Shown here: one piece after another, positions 12,480-23,444 of the stretch | Layout of the letters: every line of letters begins with the position of its first letter | Numbering within the stretch: the first letter of the stretch is position 1 | Source: Iphione sp. A-MEVVRFRX5 | Taxonomy: Eukaryota | Direction of reading: 5' to 3' | DNA: 64,000 nucleotides | Assembly: GCA_976226885.1 (NCBI GenBank) | Contig: OZ320313.1 | Location: 92,752,001 to 92,816,000, forward strand | Translations under genes and position numbers: made by a program | Notes under the pieces: model-generated | Told to the model about the DNA's origin: nothing | What the model saw: only the letters and a program-made list of their open reading frames with translations | Database searches by the model: none

Positions 12480-13631
12480 CTATTTCATCTGGTTCCTCAC
12501 CTGAAAATCCGACCTGGCCTCGTTAGCTTGGGGTGTGGCCTTGTTGTAGCCCTGCCAAAAGTCTGATCTGTAGGTGGGGCGGTGATACAGGTGAATCCGT
12601 CCCCGTCCACGTCCTGTCCTGCCACCTCCGCCTCTGCTTCTTTGTCCCCTGCCCCTCGATCGGTCCACTTTTGTGGTCAGTTTGTTGACCGCTTCGAGGG
12701 ATTTCAGAGAGGTTTCCAAATTGTCTCGGAAAAGGTGTTAGTGAGAAGGGGGATGTTCTTCTGAGGCTAGTCTGCGATATTCCGGTTTGAGGGCGAACTG
12801 AATATCGTTGCGTCGGACCTTGATAGTCTCAGCGTTCGCGGCGCCCAGTAGTGCTTTGGCATCCAACCGGGGTTTGACAGCCTTCTTTACCTCGTGATTC
12901 TTCTGGGCTTGCTCTAGCACAATAGCTGTGCCGTGGATGAGGGCTGATTGTCCCAGGCAGGAGATGTTTTGGGCTTTCTGGAAGGCTTTCTCCCTTGACT
13001 TGAAAGGTTTCACCAGCGTAGGCCAGATGGCCTCGTTGACCTTTGTAACCTGGAGGCCTTCACAGTTTGCTGGTGGTGGGTATAGGTTTTTCTTTTGTTG
13101 GATGTCTTCCTCTTTCCAGACTTTCAGTTGATGTTCGTCTATGAACTGTGTGACGTTGGTTTTTATAGCCGGCCCCTTGTTGTCCGTAGCATAGTAGTCC
13201 TGTTTGTATTCAGTAAAGACATCGTCGTCGGATTCGTCCGAGATGGCGTGATCCGTTTTGTCGTTGAAGAGTGACTCCATCAGGGTCTCTGCTTTGTCGT
13301 TCTCCGCCTGTGGTTGTGTGCTGCTCGTTGAGGGTTCTTGGTCGTTCTCCTCGTATAGGGCATCGAACCCTGCATTGATGGCCTCCATTAGGTGGTCAAA
13401 GTTGCCCTGAAAGTCCTGATGAAATGTGGCCATGTCGGTACGGAAACCTGACATTATCTCATTCAGATTAATTATGGCATCCAATATGGCAGGGGTTTCC
13501 TGTGACGCTCGGGTTGTCCTCAGTTCTATCTGTTTTCCCTTTTCTGTATTTGTTTTGGATGCGCCCTTTTTCTTAGGAGGTGGTTCCTCCATACAGTCTT
13601 GGTTAGGCTGTGGTGAAGCCATGGTTGCCAT
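12480..13631 (-). pseudogene. gag: gag of copy B (in-frame TAA at 12738)
   Basis: Homologous to C gag (NCEGLQVTKVNEAIW, LFxDNLE, RG-rich tail). Confidence 0.9.
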
Positions 13632-15797
13632 TTGGTTAAGGTGAGAGAGCAGTGACCAGGCTGACCACCTCTGTGTGTGTGTGAGTGTGTGTGTGTTTCA
13701 CGCGGTCTTCTCAACGACTGACAGCCGGGAGACTCGTGAGTTCACTTGCACTCGCAACTGATTTAGATCAGGGGTGCGTCTGCCGGGTTCTGACCCACGG
13801 CGGGTGAAAGCCTGCGAACACTGAGTGGGTTTTTGCGCTTTCCTCGCACAAGCGCTCCTGAGTTGTGCGTCGGTGACAGAAGCACTGCTATGCGCACTCG
13901 TAAATAAAAAGTGTGGAATGTGGCACAGAGGCCTCACAGTAGCACAAAGGCTTGATTTTAACCCACTGTGATAATAAGTTAAAAGGCAGTAATGCTGTTC
14001 TCTTAGAGAGTTAAATAGTTCTTGCTTACAACAAATTAGGGTCAAGGGGTTTACAACCTATACAGGGTAGGTGGCTCTCCAATCCAAGTAATTCAGGGAA
14101 TTTTTACAATGGATACAGGTCAAGTGGCTCTCTTTACAACAAAATCAGGTCAAAAGACTCTCTTTTACAACGAATTCGGGGTGAAAGACAATGAAAACAG
14201 GTCAGTTGCTCTCTAATTCAGTAAATCTTAAAAGGAATTAACCTGAAATTAGCGTATGTTGGCGACTTTGCGTATCGATAGCGCAACGATAGCGTAAGTT
14301 CGGCAGTTAGTAAAGCTCACATGGTTCGACCCCAGTTACACGTAGAAAACGGTTGATTTCGTATGATAGCGTAGTAACACACCAAAAACATGTGGAATAC
14401 ATGAAGAGGTTCAACTTAGCGTACCTTTAGACAACTTTGCATAGCGATAGCGTACCTAGATGCGCTAAAAAGATGAAATAATAATCGTAGTTGTACTTAT
14501 CTGTGCGAGCTGCTCGGAGAGTTGATGCTAACTGAATGCGCATGTGCGAGCCGTTGGCAGGAGAGCGCAATATCACCTGCTGCTCTGTGGTGGAGAAGCA
14601 GCGAGGTAGAGTAGCATAGAGATAGCACAGTATTAAGCATAGGTTGCTGCTCTCCAGTCTGAACAATGTATCACACAGCACCGGCTGTAAACCAGCCTCA
14701 GGGCTGATGTCAGATTGCTGTTTTAAAAGCAATAAAAAAAAAATGAAATCGCCATTGCCTGGCAAACTCTATGTAAGTTGTATTCTTGGTTGTACTTAGT
14801 TCTAGGTTGTCTGTATGCCTACTTATAATACAAGGGACTTACTGTGTCTTTATCTGCTCCTTCCCTTTCTCACTTCTTCTCTTTCTCTTCTCGTTTTCTT
14901 TCTCCCTCTCCCAATCTCTCTCCTATCTCCCTATCTCTCTACTCTTTCTTGTCTCTGTCTCTCTCCTTCTCTCCATCTTCTCTGCCTCTCTTTTTGTCTG
15001 GCCCTCTGTCTAACAGCCCTCTGTGTCTCTACGTGTGGCTACTTCCAATGTGCGAATACTGTTATGTACCCACCCTGGGGAACAATAGCTATGGTTGTAA
15101 AGTGCCCACAGGGAGGCATAGGGTTTTGAATAATGAAAGGGGCAAGGATTCGCCCTACTCCCACTCCGTACATATACCATAAACTAGCCCATTTAAGCCT
15201 AACCATGTGAGCAACTCTTGTATGGGTGAGCTGTACAGGGCAATTCCACTACGAATAACCTACACTACTCTCTATTGTGTATATATATATATACATGTAT
15301 TTAATATCAAGGGACAGAGACGGTCTACCCTATACAGGAGAAGTGAGTGTGTCCTATGAATATATATAGCTAGTACTATACTGTAGTACATATCACAAGA
15401 AGACGTTTGAACCTGAGGCTACATGAGTACTATCAATTAAGGTTGTACAATCTAATATATATTCAGGGTAGACAAATCGCCGACCAATGTATACATGAGT
15501 AGCTTCTTTTAATTCAATGTACAACCAGTACAACACTCTAGTATGCATGAAGGTAGAGAAGACATGCCCTGACCCATGTATACAAGAGTAATATCAATTC
15601 CCTGAACAATTGACAGACAGCTCTAATATGTATCCAAGGTAGAGATGACAGGTCCTAACACATATATACATGAGTACATGTACTTGTAATTCAGAGTACA
15701 GCTAGTGCACCACTCCAAATACCTGCCTTGCATATATTAGACAAGTATTTGGAGGAACTCATCTGTACACAAGCTGAGCTGATGTATGATGTAAATC

Positions 15798-17440
15798 TTA
15801 TATATACCCTTGTTTCCAGGGATGGGTGACTGGGACATTGCCGAGTTTGCATCACGGTCCAGGAGGGAGCAGGTGATATAGTAAACATGGCCAACAGATA
15901 GCAGCATTTTCAGTTGGACAGATAAAAGAGGGAATGCTAGTTGTTAGTGATGAGAGATTGAAAGAGTGAAAAAGTGCAATGGAGCAGGTGTATGAATACA
16001 AAAAATATCACAGATATGACATCACAATAGTTGTTTATTGTCAACCTGACAAATTACAGCATCACATGATCATAGCATTCTTACCCTGCTTCTGACTTCA
16101 GTTCGAAAGCTGCCACATCACACAGACTTCGCCTTGTTTCATACTAATCTGTAAGGCGGGACGTAACTAATGAAGAGTGATTTGTGGGCCCCTCTGTTAT
16201 CTTTGGTATGAGCTAGGTATTCCCTTTTAGGAGTAACTACACAGAGGGCACGTTCCTGCTCAAAAGGAACGAAAATGATTCAGCTGGATGTTTACCTTCC
16301 CTATTATGTTTCAGGAATGACGAGGAATTAACTCATAGTCTCTCTGTTCCCACTTCATGGCTGTTACTGACGTCTGTGTTATGGATCGTCTGAAGTCATC
16401 TTCATGAGACCAACAGTAATAGTAAGGTTGTTTTCAGAGTTAACATCTTTAGAGCAAAGGTATCGGCTGACGATCATTTCCATAAATGGTCTAGTACTAA
16501 TTTTACATCCCAGGTATACTCTAAGTGGGCCTAAGCAGCTTGAAGATGAAACATGCCTGACACTTATTTGTCAGTCAGTGCTGTTCGAATGGCTCTTTAT
16601 GGAACTTTTTGAGTATGGCTGACAGGACTCTTCTGGCTGTGTTGAGTGTACCATAACTGAGTCCTGTTCGGAAGAGGTAGTGTAGGAACATGAGAGCTTG
16701 TCCCAGTTGAGGTTTCAATGGGCTGATACTGCATTGGGCAGTCTGTATGCCATCTGTTTTGGTATAAAGCATATTGCAGTCTTGTCAGTATTCTCCATGA
16801 ACACATTATATACTTCCTGCGGGGGCTTTTGGTTGGTGAGTTGTCTATGTGGCATTTCAGAGGAGCACTGCCAGTAGTTGTATGGAGTTGATGTCTTGTG
16901 TGTCTTTTTTGTAGACACTGATCAGGTTTTGTGGTCTGGCTGGAAAGTGTATCCTTGATCGTGGAGGGTCTCATCAGGGCCATCCATACCATCTCTGTGC
17001 TTGCCAGTGGGGGATAATTAGTATTGCCTGGGTCAGTTCATGTCAGAGTTTCTGAAGGATTCTGCAAATAATGAGACTGATTTCTGGTTTGTGCCCCTTG
17101 GGATGAAACTTCTTTGGCTTTGGGCCAGAATAATTCTGATGATAGTGGGCTTCAGTCCCACAGAGTAGTTGGGAGGCCAGTCGATATTACACAGTTGCCA
17201 TGTTTGGTGGCAACCTTGCTAGGGCTCTTCTTGGTGGGGTTATGTTAGCCAAGCCCTGCTAAGGTAGTTGTGGTTTTGATGGAGTGCCTAGCCCTCATGT
17301 ATGGAAGCTGCAGAGACCTGCTTGACTCTGAGATTGGTACAGGGGCACTGAAGTACCAATGTCCCAGGTGGTCACATCCAGATAAGGAGACAGGTGTCTG
17401 GCCCCTTGTCCTTGAGCTATTGCTTGGTTCCTGGAATTTT
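15798..17440 (-). mobile_element. DIRS copy D, internally deleted and decayed (B/C family)
   Basis: Degenerate 3' terminus at ~15798-15880. YR remnants (IIFVPFEQERALCV, PLKPQLGQALMFLH) and MT tail present; RT/RNase H absent. The right boundary is uncertain. Confidence 0.8.
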
Positions 17441-17479
17441 ATCCAGAGGTGCTTGCTGTTGGGGAGATCAGCCTGATTT

Positions 17480-17945
17480 CATCCCTGTTGTGTGGGGTAG
17501 GTGTTGTTGGAGGGGATGTTGGTGTGAAAGAAAGAGTGAATCTTGAATGTGTTTTTTAATGTCAGCACCTACTGCACCCAATGAAGGTTCACCTGACCAC
17601 AAGAGGAAACCTGGGCTAGTGTGGGGTCGGTGCTGTAAGAGGGGATATTTGTGTAGAAGAAAGAGTGAATCTTGAATGTGTTCTTTTATGGCAGCACAGG
17701 TCTATTGCATCCAACAAGGGCCCACCTGACGACAGGGGGAACACCTGGGCTAGTGTGGGGTAGGTGCTGTTGGAGGGGATGTTTGTGTGAAAGAAAGAGT
17801 CAATCTTGAATGGGTTATTTTATGGTGGCACCTACTGCATCCATTGAGGGTCCACCTGAACACAGGAGGGACACCTGGGCTAGTGTGGGGTAGGTGCTGT
17901 AAGAGGGGATATTTGTGTTATATAACACATTCAAGATTCAATTCA
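17480..17945. repeat. ~130-bp tandem repeat (~3.3 copies) ending in a short inverted copy
   Basis: GAAAGAGTGAATCTTGAAT (or a variant) recurs at 17530, 17659 and 17793. ACACATTCAAGATTC near 17926 is its reverse complement. Confidence 0.85.
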
Positions 17946-18594
17946 TTCCCCCTCATCCTTTGCCCATAGAGCTATCTGCCCTTAGATGGTTATACCCTGT
18001 CATTTTCAAATAATCTTCGGGTATTGAGTTGTTGAGTCAAGTTTTGATAAGAAATATACTGTCATACCCTAACGTACATAATTCTACTTCATCTTTTTTG
18101 TGGAATAAACTTCGGATATTCAAATAGTACATTTTCGTCCCTTCATGCTAATTTAATTGCTCCCTCTCATTTTCGCACTCCCCTCTATTTTTGTTTGTTA
18201 CGTAGGTTTGCATACCCATGCATATCACTCCAGTATCATTAATCTGTATGATATTATGTAGTAAATGAGATATCTTATACTGAGTCTTTTCAGCTATAAC
18301 AGCTGGCATCCACATGCTTAATATGTAGCTTACCTGAGGGAAAAACCCATGCAACACCCTTTATCTCATTTAGCCCTGCCCCACCCTACATGAAGCAGAA
18401 AATGTCGAATTATTTCACACACCATCCCTTTCCCACAATCATTAAAATGACAACCATCTCCTAGCTCATTAAGGCTCACCACTTTCCTTGTGTTTCTTGA
18501 CTTATGAGTTACTTCTTGTACATTTGGGATTGGTCTATTATTTTACTACTCAACAAACTGCACAAATCAGGCTTCAGCAGCATAGTCCCATGGG

Positions 18595-19060
18595 TGAGGG
18601 ATTATTTGAGTGGTAGGACTCTGTAAATGGAGCCCAGTCGAAAGCATTCAAAGTAAGCTGCAGTGTGCCACAAGGCAGCCTTTTAGGGCTTCTACTATTC
18701 TTAATTTATATGAATGATATTGTGACAGTAGAATAAACGAGTAGAATGATACAATATGCAGATGACACGGTGATGGTCGTAGGAGCATCCTCGTGGAAGA
18801 CGGCAGTAACAATACTGCACCAGTAGGGTCGAAGGCTGGTGCAAGAGAAATAGAATACTTTTAAACGCTTTGAAAACCAAATACATCATGTTCAACTACT
18901 TGGGAGGAGTTGATGGGGAGCAGGAGGGGGTTATTTCTATGAACGGAAAAAGCTAATGCAAATCACTACGTACAATTACCTGGGATACCTTCTTGATGAA
19001 AGACACCGGTTTTAAGTCCATTGTGACATGATCTAAAGAAAGCTGGCGTAAAAAAATTAC
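18595..19060 (+). pseudogene. L2/CR1-type LINE RT fragment
   Basis: CSVPQGSLLG, LFLIYMNDI, QYADDTV, YLG; frameshifted. Confidence 0.75.
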
Positions 19061-21099
19061 ATGTTAAAAGATCTAAAAAAAAAAAATGCTGCAGATAATG
19101 GTATGGAATAGCATTTTTAAAACATTTTAATAGCATTTTAAAAGCATCTTGAAAAGAAGGTCAGGAGTGATGGCAATATATTGTTGGATTCCGTCCTAAA
19201 AGAGACGACTTGGAATATGTTTTGATGGTGTTTATTGCTGAACAACCAAAGAGGAACTACAATGAATTATTGACGTATTTATAGAAAATGGCCCTCCCTC
19301 CACTTATCTTAATACCTCCCTCCGAAAAGATAATGACCTCTGCTAAACCCATTCCCTCTGGACCTCTGCCCAACACTGTCCCCCACCCCCCTTAATTTAA
19401 TCTTGCCCCAAGATACTGTAGGAGTCATGAACCTAGAATGGGCCAGGTCACTGCTCAGCATGGGAGGAGGGCCTGGTTCCCTCCCTCCCATTTTCGTCCC
19501 CCTCTGCAGATGGAGGGGGTGCTTTGGTGCTCAAGCGATCTTTGTCGATGCCAGAGGAGGGCCTGGCCCGCTCCCTCTGGTTTGAGTCAGCAGCCGCTCT
19601 CCCTCCGTAGGTGAAGGGGCTGCAATCCCTGCTGCCAAAGTGGGCTCGACACAGGAGGAGGATGCAGATACTTCCATACTTGATTCACCCCTGCCGACCT
19701 GTTCAGGAGACGACAGGGCCCTAGAGGTTGACTTGGTGCCAGTCATGGATGCTGTGATGTCTGGCACACTCTCGTTCTTCACAGAGGCCGCCAAGATGCC
19801 AGTAGTAGCTGGATGGTGGTGGGCCTCCCATTCCATGACCTGGCAGGCCAGTCGCCATGACTCCTCCACTTCCAGGCAGCCCTGGTCCCCTGGCAAGGTG
19901 ATGGTAGCAACAGCAGCACAATTGACGGGCTCCATCACCACCCCTCCAACCTCTACGAACTGTACGTCCTGTGGAGGCTCTGCTGGAGGTTAGCCATATG
20001 CAGAGCTCGCTCCAGTTCATCTGTTGCCATGAGGAGTCATTCCATAGAGGCAGGCATGATGGGCAGTGTCATAACCTCTGCAGTTCTGATCTTGTCGATG
20101 GCCTCTTGGAGGCATGCTTTCATCATCCTGGGGGAGGCCGGCTGGCATGCTTCCCCACCGGCCTCCATGCTCTCCTCTTCTGCCAGTTGGCACACTCATG
20201 GGTGTGCCATCAGCCACTCCTCCTCCGCCTCATGGGCTGCCTTCTTCTTTGGGTGGAGGTGGCTTCTTTGGGTGCCCTTATGGGGGATTAAGCAGGTAAT
20301 TCTCTTGGTCGGAGTTGTCATCTTCTTAGTCAGGGTCACCTTCTTGATGGCCCTGGCTGGGTGGACCCTCATCTGGGTAGCGGTGGGTGAGGCCGCTGAT
20401 GGTGTGCTCTCCTCAAATGAGATCGTTTCCAGCATGGTCTTGCACTTGGGGCTGGCCCACCATCCCGTCGACAGGCCTGGGGTGGTAGAGTCAGGAGCCC
20501 TCACCCCTCACTCTGTCACCCAGATGGACGGAGTTTGTAAGGCGCATCCTGCTTCCTTCCTGTCGTAGGTGGAGTGGTGCCAGCCCTTCTTTCTTTCTGG
20601 GCAGGAAACCAGACTCCCCCCGCCTCTTATGGCGGTGAGTCAACTCCCCACTATCCCTCTCCCTGTGCTGCCGCTTTTCCTTCTTGCAGCCCTGATGCTG
20701 AGTGAAGGAGGCTTCAGATGTCAACTCGCATTCCTGGCTGTCTTCATAACATAGAGAGAATCCAAGGCTGAGAAAAGCAATATCTCATTCTAAAAAGACG
20801 GCAAATAATGTAGAAGAGTTGTCTCAAGATGATCAGAATGTATTACAGGATACTTTCACAGTGAAGTTTTCCTTCAAAAAGCATAAAACAAGGGTATGAG
20901 CAAGTAGAGTTGTATCCAAAGCAAACAGGTATATCTATAGGATATATGATTTATAAATTGTTTATTGAATAATTCTGAGAAATACTATTTCAAATATGGC
21001 TAACACCCTTACTCCGTGATGCAAAAAAAAATTCTGAGAAATACCTATGTATATTGTTATGTATATGTATATTATTATTTATTTATATCATATTTCATG

Positions 21100-22090
21100 T
21101 ATTATTTCATCAGGGTCATCAAGAAGGTGGTGCCTGAGAAGCAGCAGATGCAGAGAAAGTCATGGCGCCTACAGAAACGTCTCCAGAGGTTGCAGACCAG
21201 GGTACAGGCTCACCAAGACCTGTACATATCCTAAAGAGAAAGTCAGAAGAGAACTCAAGAAAGCTGGACTTGATATAGTGAAGCCTTCACTATTGTTCAA
21301 AAAAATCAATTACACATCATGCTCTTCTAGACAAGGTGAATTCACCCAGTTCAAAGAAACGACTACAACAGAAGAGGTCTATGGAAAGACATATTTCAGG
21401 GAAACTCACAAGAAAATATAGTCTGATCAGATATCTTGTATCATAATAAATACATCATGCACGTCACTGGGAACCATCAATCATTCTTTGATCGTGCTGC
21501 CATATGGACATATATGGAAGTGGGCCACAGCAAGGGCCCATGTGATGGTGTGGGGGGATGATCAAATGACAAGTTGATTTGGCATTTCGACAAGGAAATG
21601 TGCTGTAAATGATGCTACAAATCTGCTGTCATGGCACAGAAAAGAGCAATCATCCACTGTGATGACCCGCACAGAATTAACACCGGAACAAGTTGAACAT
21701 GCAAGTGTGATAATGAATGCATTGTAGAAAAATGCCAGACCCATCAAAGGCACTCTTGGCATCCATGGAGTGATCTCCCCGGAACCTGGTAAACTAGCTG
21801 TTAGAGAGACCAGTTGCTTTTGTGCTGCCTGTATGAAAGGAGATATTTGCAATGGGTGGCAGCTGATAGAGATTCATCAGGAGCCTTTGTACCGTGTCAG
21901 TGAGTGGGTAGCAGCATATTATGATACTGATTCTACATAGGGAAGGTCCTACAGGTGAACCGAAGAAAGGAAGAAAGTGAGATCGACTTTCTGTATCACA
22001 TGACCATTCAAAGAAACATATTCAAGTTTCCAAGAGTGAGAGATGTTCTCTGGATTAGATACAGTGAAATACTGATGAAAGTACCTGGGC
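21100..22090 (+). pseudogene. DNA transposase relic with a GHSKGPCDGVGG motif (family not assigned; possibly Sola-like)
   Basis: WTYMEVGHSKGPCDGVGG, IKGTLGIH, RETSCFCAAC, WVAAYYD..IGKV, FKFPRVRDVLWI. Multiple stops and frameshifts. Confidence 0.6.
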
Positions 22091-22384
22091 CAAAAGAAAA
22101 AATTGGTGTGTTTCTGGTAACCCACCCCTACCTAGTACCTTGGCCCCAAAGAGTTTCCAAGGTTGAATTTTCTTAGATACGTGTTTTCACAGCACATGTT
22201 TTGGGTAAATTCAGTAGAAAAACAATAAAACCCATGGAAATTCACCAAAAATCTGTAAAGTGGTCACAATCATTCATATTATTTTTATTATTGAAAACCA
22301 GAGGAAGAAAGTGCAAAGACAATTAAAAAAAAAAAAAAAAAAGATACCCCCCTTACCAGAAACACCTATTTTATTTTTTGGCCC
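22087..22384. mobile_element. MITE (GGCC...GTGTTTCTGGTAAC TIR family)
   Basis: TIRs at both ends. A reverse-complement copy lies at 56071-56543 and related TIRs at 53036-53383. Confidence 0.8.
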
Positions 22385-23444
22385 TACCCTAGTTCCAATG
22401 CCTAGAAAGAAAGGTGTCTTTAGTGTTCCCCCAGTGCTAATTGAAAATGCCTCTGAGATGCTGACGAAGGATATGCATGATCATAGAAGAGAAAGCTTGT
22501 AAATGGTCACCTACACTATGGTGGACTGCAGCATGTGAAATATTTTGTAATTTTCAATACAAGTATTATAACGTCATTATTGATTGTTCATAATATACTC
22601 CATTAGTTACAGGTTCATACGGGCAGACATAGGAATTCAATCCTATGGGACTAGGTGTGTGTCGCATACATCATGCATCTCAAAGGACAATATCACATTT
22701 ATACGGACCTGTATGTTAAGGAAAATTGACAAATATGCTTGTATTTTGTGTATTTTAGATATATTTCATGTATTTAAAGTATCATACAAATTGTCTAATT
22801 AATTGAGATGATCCGAGATTCTCAGCAGTCAGACGCCTTGTAAAATATTTAGTCCAGAAATGATAAAAAAAAATGGTCAGGGATGTCTGAAAATGTACTT
22901 ACTGTACAGCAAAGAATGCATACTTGAGTATTAGGATGAAATATATCACAAACTAAATGTATAAACATTTTCCAATACATACTGATCTATTATGAACAGG
23001 TTGTTGATCTATGGTTACATACGTCATGGTATTACATGCTACGGAAATGCACCTCCAGGTAATGAGAAAATCACTATATATTTCAGAAATAAATCAAATG
23101 GACCCCATAGTGACCAACATCTGGGACTTCTAAACCAATTCTGCAAGGGGCATATCATCTTCCTCATCACCAGCAATCTCCATCTTTTTTTTTTTTTTTT
23201 TTTATTTCTTTTAAACAGGATCCTGACATCGGCCAGTCGGCCGGTTTCCAGCCAGGGCTGTACATACAATGTGATCAGAGCACACTAAGCAGCCATATAG
23301 GTGTAATATCTATTAGAGGGATTGACCAGGCATTAAAAATATAAAGTTATATAATATAGAAAATAAGGTAGAGTCAAAACAAGTGTTATATAATTCTGAA
23401 AAAGAACATTAGTAATTGTGTGTGAGATTGTAGTATAGGTGTGT

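Larger units (their letters stand above)
9271..14611 (-). mobile_element. Full-length DIRS1-type retrotransposon copy B (inactivated)
   Basis: 51-bp ITRs at 9342-9392 and 14531-14581, ICR at 9508-9628 complementary to both ends, gag-pol-YR order, no TSD. Confidence 0.97.

Noticed and set aside
14290-14335. tRNA/SINE-like A and B boxes (GGTTCGACCCC) in the leader of copy B
   Set aside because: The spacing is too short, there is no cloverleaf, and the B box is not conserved in copy C.
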